Assembly: GCF_009914755.1 (NCBI RefSeq) | Contig: NC_060936.1 | Direction: 5' to 3' (one strand) | Origin: the human T2T-CHM13v2.0 reference genome, Homo sapiens | DNA length: 64,000 nucleotides | Shown here: in pieces, positions 38,547 through 51,763 of the stretch | How the letters are laid out: the number at the start of each line of letters is the position of its first letter | Numbering within the stretch: position 1 is the first letter of the stretch | Notes under the pieces: model-generated | Databases searched by the model: none | What the model saw: only the letters and a program-made list of their open reading frames with translations | Told to the model about the DNA's origin: nothing | Position numbers and translations under genes: made by a program

Positions 38547-41500
38547 TAACCCTTAACTTTTTAAAGCAAGCCTAGCTTCCTAAGCACTCAGACAAGAATC
38601 CGAAACTCAAAGAAGAGACAGGCTGCGCTGCACTCAGCTGAAGCAGGCCTGACAAGGACCTCCCTCTTTGCAGCCAAGCAAGTGGGGTGAGGTTATGGAA
38701 TCCCTCAAATTGGACAACTGAGCTCCTGGCCAGAGCAGAATCCAGCCCCCGGGAGGGCTGCTTTGACACACCCAGCCACGGGCAGATCAGCCTGATACTC
38801 CTGATGTTCCCCAAACACAACAGCACTGGATGGGTTATCTGATACCAAGTCATCACAGATCATCACCCCTCCCATCGAGACTCTGGGAACTGTTTCCACG
38901 TGGTCAGTCTCCCCAGGAGCCAGCTGGGAGGAAGAACCCAAGCCTGCTCAGGACCACATTTGTCTGATGTAAAGAGGTAAGTCCAGAGATACATCCAACA
39001 AATGTCTTCAACCAGGAGTCATCAAGCACCTGCTATACTCTGAGCTCTTTCCAGGCACTGAGGCTATACTGCCAGTCCTAGACACAAGATCCCTCCTTCC
39101 CTGGAACTTTTCTCCAAGTAGAGAAAAGGTACAGTGAGTAAACCAGCACACGAATGAGAAACTAGCAGATGAGGATAAGAATAGCAGAAGAAATAAAGCA
39201 GAATGGCTGCTTCAGATTGGGGAGTTGGGGGAGGCCAATCTGAAGACGGCAATGTTTTCACTGAGACACAAAAGCCGAGAAGACAGGCCTTGCAGAGTCT
39301 GGGGGAAAAGCAGTCTGTGCAACAGGAATAACCAGGGCAAAGGCTGGAATGAGCTCGAGACAGAATGAAGGCCTGGGTAGCTGGAAGGTCTAAGCAAGGA
39401 GGAGAATGACACAAGCTGAGGTTAGAAAGGTAGGCAGAGGATTTGGTTTCCTGTGAAACCAGAAAGAAGTCACTGAGGATATCTAAGCTTTGATGTTATA
39501 CACGAGGGGTGGGAGAGAGATGGGTGGGCAGGATATCTGTGTTCAGATAAGGCCACACTCTCTAAGAGGCCCAGGGTATTCCTGATGTGACAGAAGGTAA
39601 TGGGCAAGAGTGGCCCACTGAGCTGAAGATTATCCCATTTTAGAGTATAAAACTCTGGAGGTCTGACAGATCTCCCTGCAAAAAGGACAAACAGGATCAG
39701 AGGAGTCCTTCAATAAGTCCCATGATGATGTCCACAGGGACACCCACAGGCAGACCTGCACTGGCCCAGGGGGGTGGGCCGTTGGGCTTGGTTGCTTCCT
39801 TCCTTCCCCACCCTCAGAAGAAAGCAGTCTCCAGTCTTCTTCTGGCTTGTCTCTGGTTTCCAAGCCGGACTTAAGCCCTACTGCTTGTTCTACCCCTCCT
39901 GGGGTGACCCACCTGCTGAAGGCACCCAGGTGGGAGGACTAGAGGGTGCACAAGCTTTGGTGTATGTCAGTTGGCACCCTCCTTTCCCCTGGGAAGCAAG
40001 TGTTTCCTAGTGGATACCATGGGGAAGAAAGAAGTCTTAAGGTTATAGAAAGCTAGACTCGCAAGCATTCCTGATACTGGGAGGTGTCTGGTTAAAATAG
40101 AAAAAACTTCTAATCATGGCTTTCAAGGACCCCTGCCTCCCTCCCTCCAGTGCCCAAGTAACATCTGCCTTCCACTCACTCCTCGTTTTGAATGTGGGTT
40201 AAATGCTTCATATAAGTCCTAGGACCCTTGTTCAAGTCATTCGTACCTTGTTATCCTGATCTTCATGCCTTCCCATGGCCTGGGAGATACAGATTAGCAA
40301 TCAGGACCCTCCCTGACCCGGTCACCAGACTATACTTTTTCCTTGTCACCACTGCATACTGAGCCCTGTCCCCTGAAGCCAACTTGGCTTTCAAGATATC
40401 TTGTTGTTGCCTCGCTTTCCCAGGTCAAGGCTGCTGCTGTTTCTTTCTCGTGGGCACCCCTTCTTCCCTTTGCTGCCCATTAAAAGCCAACCAGTCTTCA
40501 AAACCCTGATTTTTTAAGAATTTCCTCTCTACATTAGCCAGAGCAATTTCTCTCACACACTCTCCATTCTATTCTAAATATTTATAGACCAAAGAGCACC
40601 CTGCTGGATGCAGCCCTTTGGAGATCAGACACTACACCTGAGATAATTCCATATTCCATACAAAAACCTAGTATGTAATAGATGCTTAATGGCCATGTTC
40701 AGAATTGAACTGAAATTGATGTGTGCTAATCCAAACTAGAAATGCATTAAAGGAAAAGTTGAGGCTGGCCTGTGCACATGTGGGGCACGCCAGTCACGTT
40801 ACAGAACCAACCAGCCTTGCAGCAACCTCACACGGAGATCCCATCCGGAAAGTCTCCTTAGGCCCTGGGTAAACCCAGTCTTGGCCAGGCCCCTCTCAGC
40901 CAGCACATGAGCTCCTCAAATCATGTACCTCCCAGGAAGTTACCATGGCTCATTGGGTTAAACAGATAAACAGGAAACCTGGCTACAGAAAGAAAAATGG
41001 ATTATAATCTCACTCCTGCCAGGGACTTGTTACAGAGATTTCAAGGGTATTGAGTTATAACTGAGGCTTTTCTGATGGAGAGACTATGTTTACACTTGCT
41101 CTCTAACAGCAAGACGTGAGGGCTTCCTCAACTCTACTTAGCAGACACACTTAACTTGTCTCTGGCCCCACACAGGCTTGGAGGCCAAAATGCATCTTCT
41201 TCTCTTTTTTGGAAACATTCTACGGCATTAGCGGAGTAGGCACTCTACCCTACCCACCTCCCCCAGCCTCCTCTCTCTCTGTCTCTCTCATATATATGAG
41301 ACATATTTCAGCTAAATCAAATGGGACAAATAATACAAACATTTCCCCACTAGATCACCCACATTCAAACTTCTAGAGTTCTTTCTATTGGAAGGACCAG
41401 TTTGGGAATTTTCCCGCAAGAAATGCAACTGTCTTTACTATTCTCTGTTGCTTATCTTCCTAAATAATTTGAATCCTCTCTGAAGGCAGAATGCATATGT

Positions 41501-42912
41501 ATATTCTCTCTTTCACCACAGAGTTCATGATAGTATTAGCCTCAGGGTATATGCGAAATACCTAGGACTAGAGTAGAGTGGGTACCCAATATATGGTAAT
41601 GCAGTGGGGTGGAGTGGGATGGGGATGCAATTAAGTGAGAACCCATGGGAGGTGGAGAAAGGCTATATCATTACATCTCTCCTTCCAGCACTTTCAGGCA
41701 GCACACCCTGCACTGGTAGATTCCATTCCAAGCTGCTGCCCTGCGGGTCCTGCCATTCTTCAGCCCACCTGCTCAAAGGCAAGTAGACTACTTAGAGCAT
41801 TAAGGAGAAGAAATGGTGACATGCCACAGATGTGGGGACATACAGGCTTAGGAAGAGACTAAATTAGGGATTCCACTTCTTTCTCATAAAGTGTCAGGGC
41901 CACAAGGCCCCAGGTCCCTAGTCCAAGGCAATCACTGTAGGAGAGTAATGAGCAGGCTTGTGTTCCATGCAGCCACCTTACTGCTGTGGCCAGTCCTTGC
42001 AAGTGGACTCAGGCAACTGAAAGTGCCTCCTGGCCCTTCTAGACGGCCCTCAGCCCCTCACCCACGATATCCACACTATTGAGAGTCCCTGCTTGACATC
42101 CCATCCATGGTGGCACCTGGTGTCAGGAGGCCTTGAAGGTTTTAATGGTCAGAACAGAGGGGCTTGCTGAGCTTGGAAGTGAAAGAAGAGGGGAGGAGGG
42201 CTGAGTGACAGTGGGGTTGCTTTTGGAGGAGCAGGAATTATGGTGGGAATAGATCATGGGAGCAAGCACGACACACTGCCCATCATCGGCTCACCAGCAT
42301 CGGGAATGGGGGGCTAGTCCTCAGAAGAGCTATAAGGGAAGGCTGATTTATTTGCATTATTTAAAGATCATCTGTCCAGAACACTGCTCTAGAAGAACCT
42401 ATCCTTTCCCTTAGCTCACGCCTCCCCAACTCCTCAGTTTCACACATAGTGCACTGGCTTATACCACAGAGGTTTAGTGTTTCTTTCTTCATTCACAGAC
42501 ATCAAAGACAACCAGCACCTGACACCCTGCCTCTCCTTTGGCCCTCAGGAGGCCCCCAGGGCATTCTGACATATCCCTGACTCTCTGGCTTTATGATCTC
42601 AAGATTACGTCTTGCCTCTTGTTCTTGCATCTTCTGCCACCTCTTTCCCCAGAGGAGGGCACTGGGACATCTGCCCAAACACCAGGCTCAATGCCCTCCA
42701 GCTCAAGGGAAGAGGGGGTACTTGAACTCTTGGCCTCAGAGTAGGTCAACCATGGCCCAAGTCCATGGAGCCAAGCTACACAGGCAGCCACTGTGAGATC
42801 CAGCCAGTGACAGCAAACATACATGGTTATCTCACTCAAGAGAGTCCATTTCCAGGGTCAAAACAAAGCAAAAGCCCACAGAAGTATGTGAGAAATACGT
42901 GAGAGAACTCAC

Positions 42913-42995
42913 TTCTTCCTCTTCTATGCCAGTCAGGTCCCAAAAGTAGCCCAGTCGCATCTGTAGCCTCTTCCAGTTTTCCAGGAACATGGTAG
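42913..42995 (-). CDS. ANO2: ANO2 coding exon (83 nt, phase 1-0): (A)[27 protein letters not shown]
   Basis: Manual minus-strand translation gives the FLE.WKR...WDLTG motif; acceptor tttttaAG (42996-42997), donor GTgagt (42911-42912). Confidence 0.96.
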
Positions 42996-43190
42996 CTTAA
43001 AAAGAACAACAAGAACAAAAACCTTGATTATTTTTGAAGAGTGGATTCTGTACCCTTTGGGCTCACCAGTGGAGGTGGGGGATAAGCTATTTTAAATTTA
43101 GGAGCTCTCTTTAATGCATTTAGCCTCTTTTTCCCACTTCTAGGTGAAACTGCTAGAAATACTCCACATCCTTGAGAGCCAATAGATATG

Positions 43191-43192
<2 letters not shown>

Positions 43193-43234
<42 letters not shown>
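43193..43234. repeat. (AC)21 perfect microsatellite ((UG)21 in ANO2 pre-mRNA)
   Basis: 42 nt of uninterrupted AC repeat, ~200 nt upstream of the 42913-42995 exon. Confidence 0.97.
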
Positions 43235-43237
<3 letters not shown>

Positions 43238-43619
43238 CCTTTCTCCACTTCTAAGTTATGAGAGGAGGGTAAACACTGATCTGGAGAAGTAAAGTAAGGA
43301 TGGCGGGATGAAGAAAATAAAAAGGGAGGGGTCTGCAGGATTTTTTGACAAGCCTCATCTTGCCTACGCATACATTCTTTCCTCCTTCACCTTCATCAGC
43401 ACTGTCACTTTTTCTCTACATTTCTTTCTTTCTGTCCCCAGAGCCACTTGCCTCATTTGGGCCCTAATCATCTCATTCTGAGGTTACATAACAGTCTCCT
43501 AACAGTTCTACCTGACTCCAGACTTTCAGCCTTCCAACCCATCCTGCATGTAGCTGATAGAATAATCTCTGTAAAGTAGTATGCATTCATTCTTCCATTT
43601 GCTTAGCAAATAGTTGTAG

Positions 43620-44055
43620 AATGCCTGCCACACCTACACATCCATCAGTTTGCCTGCCCCACCCACGGCCCTTTGAAGGACCAGCACGCCTTTCTCAGCA
43701 TGCTCTAGGAAGAACCTGATACCCCCACGAGCACAACCCTACAGCCATGGTTTGTTATACCAGGGCTGAACATCTGATGCAGGGCCTGCTGATAGAGCAC
43801 TCAGATTCCCTCCTTTGAAAACTGAAACTAAAAGACACAAAGAGGAGCAGGGATGGGAGAGACCACGCAGCACCTGAAAGGAGGGAAGGCCTTCGTTTCC
43901 CACAGCATCTCTAGCTCCAGTTCCCAAGAGGCCTGGTTATATTTCATTTCCTACACCCAGGAGCTTGTCTCTTGCTTTCTTAAAATAAATCTCTTGTTAT
44001 TTGAGTAAGTTGGAGTGAATTTCTAATCCTGCAAAAGCACCAGTCCCAACTAAGG
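43620..44055 (+). mobile_element. Old MaLR (MLT1-type) LTR fragment
   Basis: ataaatctcttgttatttgagtaagttggagtgaatttct...; recalled similarity only. Confidence 0.45.
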
Positions 44056-45279
44056 TATCTGCAATGTACAAAACACCATTCTAGGCATTGTCAGGGAGAT
44101 TGGGTGAACTTCATGTGGATTTTTCTTCTCAAGTTGTTTACAATCTGTGAGAAGGGATTGTAAACAACTACAATACAAGACATAAAGTGATCAGGGCCTT
44201 AAGAATGACACAGATGAAAAAGCTGTGGGCCTGCGAAGAGAAGTGCTACCTGCCAGAGGAGGCATCCGAGCTGATTTTTGAAGGACAATGGCATTTGGGC
44301 ATTGAAGGAGTGGGCAGAGGAAGGGTGCCAACACTACCTGCCTACATGTTCAATGGCTCCTTACAGTCTAAGTTCTTCTCTCTGGATTCCAGGACTATGT
44401 ATGTCGAGCCCGAACTATCTATCTGAATCGCTCATCCTGCCATTTGACAACATATATCCCATGCCCACATTACAGCTGGGTCATCCCCTCACCGTCATCT
44501 CCATACTCGACTTGCGCACGTTGTCCCTCTCTCCTGTGCTATCCTCCAGCTTCTACCCTCATCCTATCCTGACCCAGCTCAAGTTCCCCTCTTCCATAAC
44601 ATCAGTCCCCATGGCACCCTGTCCTCCTCACTCCTACTGCCCTATGTTCATGGCACCCTGGAAAGGGAGGGACATGACATTCCCTGAGGCCATCCCTACA
44701 GATCCACCCCACCTCTAGCAGGAGCCTGAGCACACTTCACTACATGCCATGCCTGACTATTGGCCGACACTTCATGTTTGTGATGTAATAACAGGACTGT
44801 AAACTTTTCCTGGCTCTTAGCTGCCTATGTCTACCTCGGTCACAGCACAGAACTGAGAATATCAAACACCTATGCACTGGTTGAATACACAGTTACTTAA
44901 AGCTGCATTTGTTTTACTTGCAGCTACATTATGGTGCACTGATGTGCATGTTTTCATCTGACATGACATTTTGCATACACTGATTTGCATGTTTTTCTCC
45001 CTTGGATTTGAGGCCTTTCTCGAGTGGGTGTATTCCCTCCTAACACTGGCTTTGGTCTGGGGATACTAAGAATGGTAGTAAGTCCCTCCTCTTCCTACCG
45101 CTCCTTCCTTGGTTCCCGAGGAGGGCTGTGCACACAACAGTGCCCAGAGTGCTGACCGACTGGTGTCTCCATGAAGGGAGGAAGTCAGACTGAAGGAATG
45201 ATGAGAGGGGCAAAAGAGTCATGGATAGATGAGTCGTGAGGGCAAGGGAGGACCACCATACTGATGGAGAGCAGCTCCC

Positions 45280-45450
45280 AGTTCTGGGTGCTCATCTGTG
45301 CCAGGCACTATGCTACATGCTCTGCATGCACACTCAATCACATGTCACAAGAGCACTGTGGGGTAGGTATTATTTCGCTCAATTTACAGATGAGGACAAC
45401 GATGCTCAAAGATTAAGTAATCTGCCCAAGGTAACAGGGCACCTTGGTCA
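45280..45450 (-). mobile_element. MIR
   Basis: tgtgccaggcactatgct...tttacagatgaggacaacgatgctcaaagattaagtaatctgcccaaggt. Confidence 0.8.
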
Positions 45451-47076
45451 AGAGTATTGACTTTAGTGACACAGAGTTAGGTTCACATTTACCTGCCATG
45501 GGATCCCTAGCTGGTAAGGAGCAGAACTGAGACACACATTAGGTCTGCCTAGGTCAGTGTCCTTAACCTCTATTCGGAAAAGAGTTCTGAAACCCTGTCT
45601 CTTTCCTTCCCTTTTCAGTAGGACTTCACTCTCTTTCCCAACATACCCTGGAGTTTGAAGTCCGACCTACAGGGGAGCCAACAGACTTGGGTCCTGCTGA
45701 CTAGTATCCCCCAAGACCTCCTGACTCCACACCGCCCCTTCCGCTGCCACCAGCAGCCCAAGTCTCTCTCTATGTACAGCCATTTCTTCCCAGCCTTATT
45801 CCCAGCAGACCTGGGCCCTGACCCAGGCCCACCCAGCACAGCACCACTAATCATAATAATCATGGTAATGAGAGGCATTACTATTATTTTTAATTGTAAT
45901 TTGTAGACAATCTGGCCTAAAGGCTCTTGGCTGCTGTAACTGAATACACAATCACATAAAGCACAGCAAGACTGTCAAAAAACAAAACCAAATCCTACCC
46001 TATGCCAGGAAGCTCTGGCGCAATCTCACCCCTAAGTACTTTCCCTGCACTGTGATGTGAAAGGAAGACAGTGGGTCCAGGGGTAGGGTAGGAAATGACT
46101 GAGGATCTCGGAAGGGGTGGGAGGTAGCTGTTCATTACAGCTATCAAAGGAAGAGAAGAGGCAGTTGTTGAAACTTGAAACTAGGAAGTACAATTGAAAA
46201 CCAAGTTTCTCTACAACAGGGGATTATGTGTCCCAAGAAAGTTCTTGAAGGATTATAGACCTGGAGTTATTAGGCTTCAGCAACTCAATGGTGGTAATAT
46301 CTGCAAGACAAATTATGGGCATTAGAGTTGTAATATAGCAAAAAATGAATACGTATTCTGGGTTCCAAATCAGTTCAGGTGGATCTTGGGGTAATTCCAC
46401 AATGCTCCTGTTTGATAAGGAGACACAGAGCTGCCAGTGACTTCCCAGGCAACAAGCCCCAACTTCAGTGTGTTCTACCAACCCTGCCTGTGAACAGTCC
46501 CAGGAGTCTATGGTCACAATTCCATTTCCTCCTGCTCCCTGCTCCAGCTCTCGATGGGCTGAACACTGCCCGTGTGCTCCCGGGACGCAGCTGCTCTCCC
46601 TGATAATAGAGAATAGAGTGTGCCCTGGAAATTTTTATTGGTGGCCTAGCAATATGGGAATCTTTCCAATCAAGTTCTGTCTCCACCCAAGTGAAGGTCC
46701 CCACAGGGAATGGAGGAAGGTTGTGTTCTAGTTCTCCTAAGAACCACCGAGAACAGGCCTCTCCCTCTCCTCCTTCTCCTCATACGCTCAGGGACGTGTG
46801 ACTCAGGGCCCATCCTGGCATATCCTCTGGGCGCCATGGAGTCAGTGATAAATCAAACAGCCTCTGCAGCAGGACTGTGGTCCTGCTGGTCTGTGATCCA
46901 ATGTGCAAACCAAGGGCCTGCACATTCGGTGATGAGTAAAGGAGCAGGTGGCTACTCAGATGGGCTGACACAGGTTGACTTGGTCCCTTTTCTAATACTC
47001 ATGGGTGTGTCTTCTTAGAAATGCTCAGTTACCATGGGGTGGTTATCCCGCGTTATTCCAGTTTGTGAGAATAGGC

Positions 47077-47110
47077 GTGTGTGTGTGTGTGTGTGTGTAT
47101 CTGTGTGTGT
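47077..47110. repeat. (GT)n microsatellite
   Basis: gtgtgtgtgtgtgtgtgtgtgtatctgtgtgtgt. Confidence 0.9.
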
Positions 47111-47758
47111 TTACAGTCAGCTACCTATGGCTCAGAACAAGTTTATTACCCCATACTCTGGGAGGAAGGGAGGAGGAGAAAAATGAAGGAATTATTTTTT
47201 CCTCCACTAATCCCTTTGGTGGGAATACTGAAAGCATTACCCTGGCATTAAATATTAAATTAAACAGTGCAGGGACAGTACAGTCTACACTCATGATGCC
47301 CTAACAATCGCACTGAACAGGAGTCAGGAGACCAAATCTCAGCCCACCTTTCCCATGAGCTAACTCTGTGACCACGGCAGTCACTCCACCATTCTAAGTA
47401 TTGTGCTGCACGATATCTACAATCTTACCTAAGTCAGTGCACCTGCAGGAGTCTTACAGGTGTGCTAGGAGTTTTCAAAACAGGCATTGGTTCAAATTCT
47501 GAATAAATCACACATGGGGCTAGTACATGGTTAGCATGACTACATCTGAGAGAAAACAGATAAAGACATGAAGGATATTCCTGTTTCTATTCACACATAT
47601 GAGTAAAGAAAAGAAAAGTGTCATCCTTAAAATACATCTTGTGATGGGAAGAAAAAATGCGAAAGTAAGTAACCTGAAGGGGATGAGCTTTACAGCTTGG
47701 TCACTGTGCCCATGTAAAGGAACCACCCATATAAGCAAGCCTGGTGATGGCCACATAC

Positions 47759-47919
47759 CCCACAGAGCCATGAAGATAGAGAAGAAGACGGTGGCAGGGT
47801 TGTCAAACAGGTGGCTGGCCTGCGCGGTCCCACAGGCTGAGCTGAGGTTCCAGTAATCACAGGACTTGTCACACAGGGGACACATGGTGAAGGCATTCTG
47901 CTGGTCACACATCTCTCTG
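47759..47919 (-). CDS. ANO2: ANO2 coding exon (161 nt, phase 2-1): [53 protein letters not shown]
   Basis: Anoctamin MCPLCD..C.YW.L...C and LFDN..TVFFS.FMALW motifs; acceptor ttgcAG (47920-47921), donor GTatgt (47757-47758); phase fits both neighbouring exons. Confidence 0.97.
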
Positions 47920-49048
47920 CTGCAATAGATGGAGGTTGTTGGGTCAGGTGGAGCTCAAGCATGGTCCACTCCAAGAAAAATACATCCCCCAAATAGCTCC
48001 CATTTCCAAATCTATGGTTGAGTTTTTCAACTCCATAAGTAAGGAATGTTAAAGAAGTTAGCATTGTATTCTTCACCTGGAGAGTGTTACTCATACTTTG
48101 TTCAAAAACAACAATGAAAAGATGGGATATGGAGCTCCCTGTCACTACAAGTGCCCTGGAAAGTTAGTGAGATCTGTCAGAGACATTGAGCATTAAATGA
48201 TGCCTCATAAAGTCCCTTCAGAACATCTGGGGTCCATGAGGTTGGTGGAATGGGATGCATCCACAGTTGTGAATAAATCACAGCCTGAAGCTGGATTTCA
48301 TCATCCATTCTTCAGTCTAGGCTGTTTTTGTAAAGCCTACTGGCTGTCTCACAAACAGGTGATACTGGTCCCAAGTAGAAACAAACACGAGTGTGTGGCT
48401 AGACCTGTGCATGCTCTCACCTCCAGAAGGAGAAGTTCTACATGGGGAAGAACGGAGTAGATCTGGGTGGAAAGCCCTTTTCTAAGAGCATGAGCTGGAG
48501 AGCCACTTGTAGAATGGAGATTAATAACCTCAACCTAATAAGAATTATTATAACCATGAAATAAGATTAGGGAGAATGAAAGAGCAAGGCAAATTCTTCC
48601 AAGATCTAGATTCTTTGATACTTGGAGCATGAACCAAATAATCTCTAATGGCCTGTATTCCAACCTATTCTTAGTGTATTTCCATTTAATGGACTGAGGA
48701 ATATATTTGAAATTCCATTCATTCGTTAGCTGACTAGCTGTATCCAACAGATTTAGGCTCATATGAATGCTTGGAAATAAGAACCAAAGAATCAGCCCTG
48801 ACTGACTTTCCCAATAACCCTCTATACCATACACTGATAGGAAAAATGAATGAACTCATCCCTCTGTTGTGTAATATTCTCCCAGGGAGATGGGAGGATG
48901 GTTAAGCTCATGGTTCAGGGGGAAAGGGTGGAGAACTTAAGATTTCACGAAAGCAAAGCACTGGCTGTTCTTACAGGGCAGCTGGAGACAATGATGGGGA
49001 GGCAGGGGATCCAGCACTGAGAACCACAGCTGTTTCCAACAGAAAGAA

Positions 49049-49064
49049 GCAGCAGAGGGCGCTA
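49049..49064 (+). promoter_or_regulatory. Candidate CTCF binding site
   Basis: GCAGCAGAGGGCGCTA versus the consensus-type CCAGCAGAGGGCGCTA (one mismatch), with the CpG retained. Confidence 0.5.
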
Positions 49065-50654
49065 GAGAGCATGGCTCACAAGTGGGAGCCACTGCTAGGG
49101 AGAGCAAGCTGGTGCCCTGTGTGCTAAAGCCAGTGCTCAGAGGAAACCTCCAAAGCCAAAGGATGCCTGGGTCTCTTTCCCCCTTCATTAAGAAGTTGAA
49201 GGGTGGCAGATTTACTGAGGGCTGCCACTTGCTGTCAAGCCCCAGTTTCTAGGCTTCTGTTTTTAATGAGCTACTAAGTCCACAGGAAGGAAAGGCCTCC
49301 TGTGTGAGAGAATGGAAATTGTCGGTCCCTGAGGATAAACCCCAGTTCCTCCACTGACTCGCTGGCAAAGGTCAATAAAAATGACTCATCCACGTCGAAA
49401 ATATTAAATAGTCATATCTTAATAATACATTCAGCTGTGCTAGTTTCACCTGGGCATGTTCTGCTGGGTGACTAGAGAGCCCAGTTTATGTCTTCTGGGT
49501 CAGACCTGTGTTTGCTATGTAGTTGAGAAGGAATTGCTATTTTCAGAGAGGAAAGTACCCCCTTAAAAAACAGATTTACACAGAAAATCACTTGTCTGTA
49601 TAAATTCTAGTAAAAGACGTTCGCTTTTAAGTCACGTCCAAGAACATATGAGTTCCTCAATGCTGCTCTTCAAGTATATGTGTTAGGGACTTCATTTAAC
49701 TTAGCGGTTTTTTCTTTTAAGCATGGACTGAGGAGAGACAGAAACCTAGTCAACTGAATCCTAGTTGGAACTAGTCAATGCTAAAAGGTCAGGAATGAAA
49801 AACGTATTAGCAGCCAAGCGGGTGCAAAGCACTTTGAAACCTAAGTGCTGTGTAAATTGCTGGTCTTTAAATTAGAGTGCAGGCAACTATCCATCATTTG
49901 TACAAGATGGCAGCCACCATGGTATGGATTCTCCTCAAATCATTTAAATGTGAAGTCAGAATGCTTTATATATGTATTGGGGGGTTTTTGATGTAATCAA
50001 TTTTAACAGAATTCTAGAGGAATTCTGGCTAAGAATGACATCGAAATGACTTTGTATTTTGTGAGAGAGGCTGCCTCTAGACAAGCTGAAAGATGAGGGA
50101 AGCCTGCCCAGAATGGAAATCAGGTCTAGGGTATTCACTAAGCTGTACAATACACAGGTTTCTAGTGAGAAGTAACTGTGGCTATAAATCCAATGCTGTA
50201 TTCCTTTGATTTATTATTTTCTCCAGAAAGCCTAAGAAGCTTGATAAACGGCTTGACAGTCCATTGAACCAAGACCCTAAAGTGAGCAATGTTCTTCAGG
50301 GTAAATCATTGCTCATGGATTAGGTGATTCAGAGCCCTGTTAGCACAACGGGAGAAGGTACAAAGAGGCAATCATTCAGGAAATTCAGACTAAACAGCTG
50401 CTATTAAGGTCTCAGACCTAAAGTAACCAATCTTTTTTCAATATGGTTTAGATTAATCAGCTTTTTAAAAAATGTCCTAGTGTTCTCTGTTCATGTAAGT
50501 GCTTAACAAATGAAATCAATCCCTTGGTGAGTAGAGACAGGGAAGTTCTATAGAGGTATCATGCACGCATGGAAGTATTACTTACAGGCTTATGCTTATA
50601 TCTCACATATCAAAGTTAAATTACTGGGAATAAAAGGTATCATTTAAAGCTCCA

Positions 50655-50817
50655 CCTCATCAATGTCAGTTTTCTGGTTTTGATGTTGTGCCGTAGTTAC
50701 ATAAGACGAAACCACGGGAGGAAGCTAGAAGAAGTGCACGCTGGGCCCCTCTGTACTATCTTTGCAAGTTCCTGCGCTGTGAATCTAAAATTTTTCAAAA
50801 TAAAAAGGTTTTAAAAA
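50655..50817 (+). mobile_element. L1MD/ME 3'-end fragment
   Basis: tcaatgtcagttttctggttttgatg...ctctgtactatctttgcaagttcctg...tcaaaataaaaaggttttaaaaa. Confidence 0.65.
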
Positions 50818-51530
50818 GTGAGACAGAGTGAATTTCAGGCTTGATGACAAAATTAGCAACCTCTAAAATAATCCCAGGAATACTGTAAGTTTTTAATCAC
50901 AGTTATGAGTGGCTGAAAGACACAAACCCTTAGAGTATGCATTTCTTTAGATTCAATATTGGTTTTTAGAGAATATCCCTTTGTTTATAAGGAGTGGCAT
51001 TTTCTGAGTTTCCATCAGACCCACAGAAGTTGGACTTCTGATGAATTTACAATTATGTTTAAAAAACAGTTCCTCTGTTTTTAAAGAAATCTATTAAAAT
51101 GTTTACTTTTTTCTAGTATTTACACCTTCCTGACTTGCCAGGCCCCATCCTGAGTCTGAAAAAACAACATCCAAAACTTCAATTTTGTAGTAATTTTAAA
51201 CGTTTTTGACTGTGACCTACAGTTAAAACAATCTGTTACATCAGATTTCAGTATGCAAATACATACCCTCACTCTCACAAACACACTTATAAAAATGAAA
51301 CAAAATCTAATGAAGCAACACTTACCCATCCTTCTTATAATGAATACTAATATTTATTGCATTCTAGCTTATCTTACCCCATCTTGTTTTAGTCCACTTG
51401 AAAGCCCATTAAATTGATTCCACAACCCACCAGTGGTTGTTGTCATATCCACAGTTGTAGAACACCATCCACTCTGACAGGCAATGTGACACATCCGCAG
51501 TAACGACTGCATTTTACACTTGAATATCCC

Positions 51531-51763
51531 TGCACATGCAAGAATGTGTGTGAATGTGGCTGTGTGCATCTGTGTGCAGACATCTATGTGCACGTGCATG
51601 AGTGTGTGTGAATGTGGCTGCGTGCATCTGTGTGCAGACATCTATCTGCACGTGCATGAGTGTGTGTGAATGTGGGTGTGTGCGTCTGTGTGTAGACATC
51701 TGTGTGCGCGTGCATGAGTGTGTGTGAACGTGGGCTGTGTGCATCTGTGCATAGACGTCTATC
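51531..51763. repeat. 58-bp TG/CA-rich minisatellite, 4 copies
   Basis: Units start at 51531, 51589, 51647 and 51705: tgcacgtgcatgagtgtgtgtgaatgtggctgtgtgcatctgtgtgcagacatctatg. Confidence 0.93.

Noticed and set aside
39985-39994. Perfect O/E (EBF) site TCCCCTGGGA, tempting because ANO2 is expressed in olfactory neurons
   Set aside because: Eight specified bases; about one match per window of this size is expected by chance, and there is no supporting cluster.
47520-47912. 130-aa ORF (and the 104-aa ORF 54433-54747) as standalone genes
   Set aside because: They are ANO2 exons read through into intron; homology stops exactly at the splice sites.
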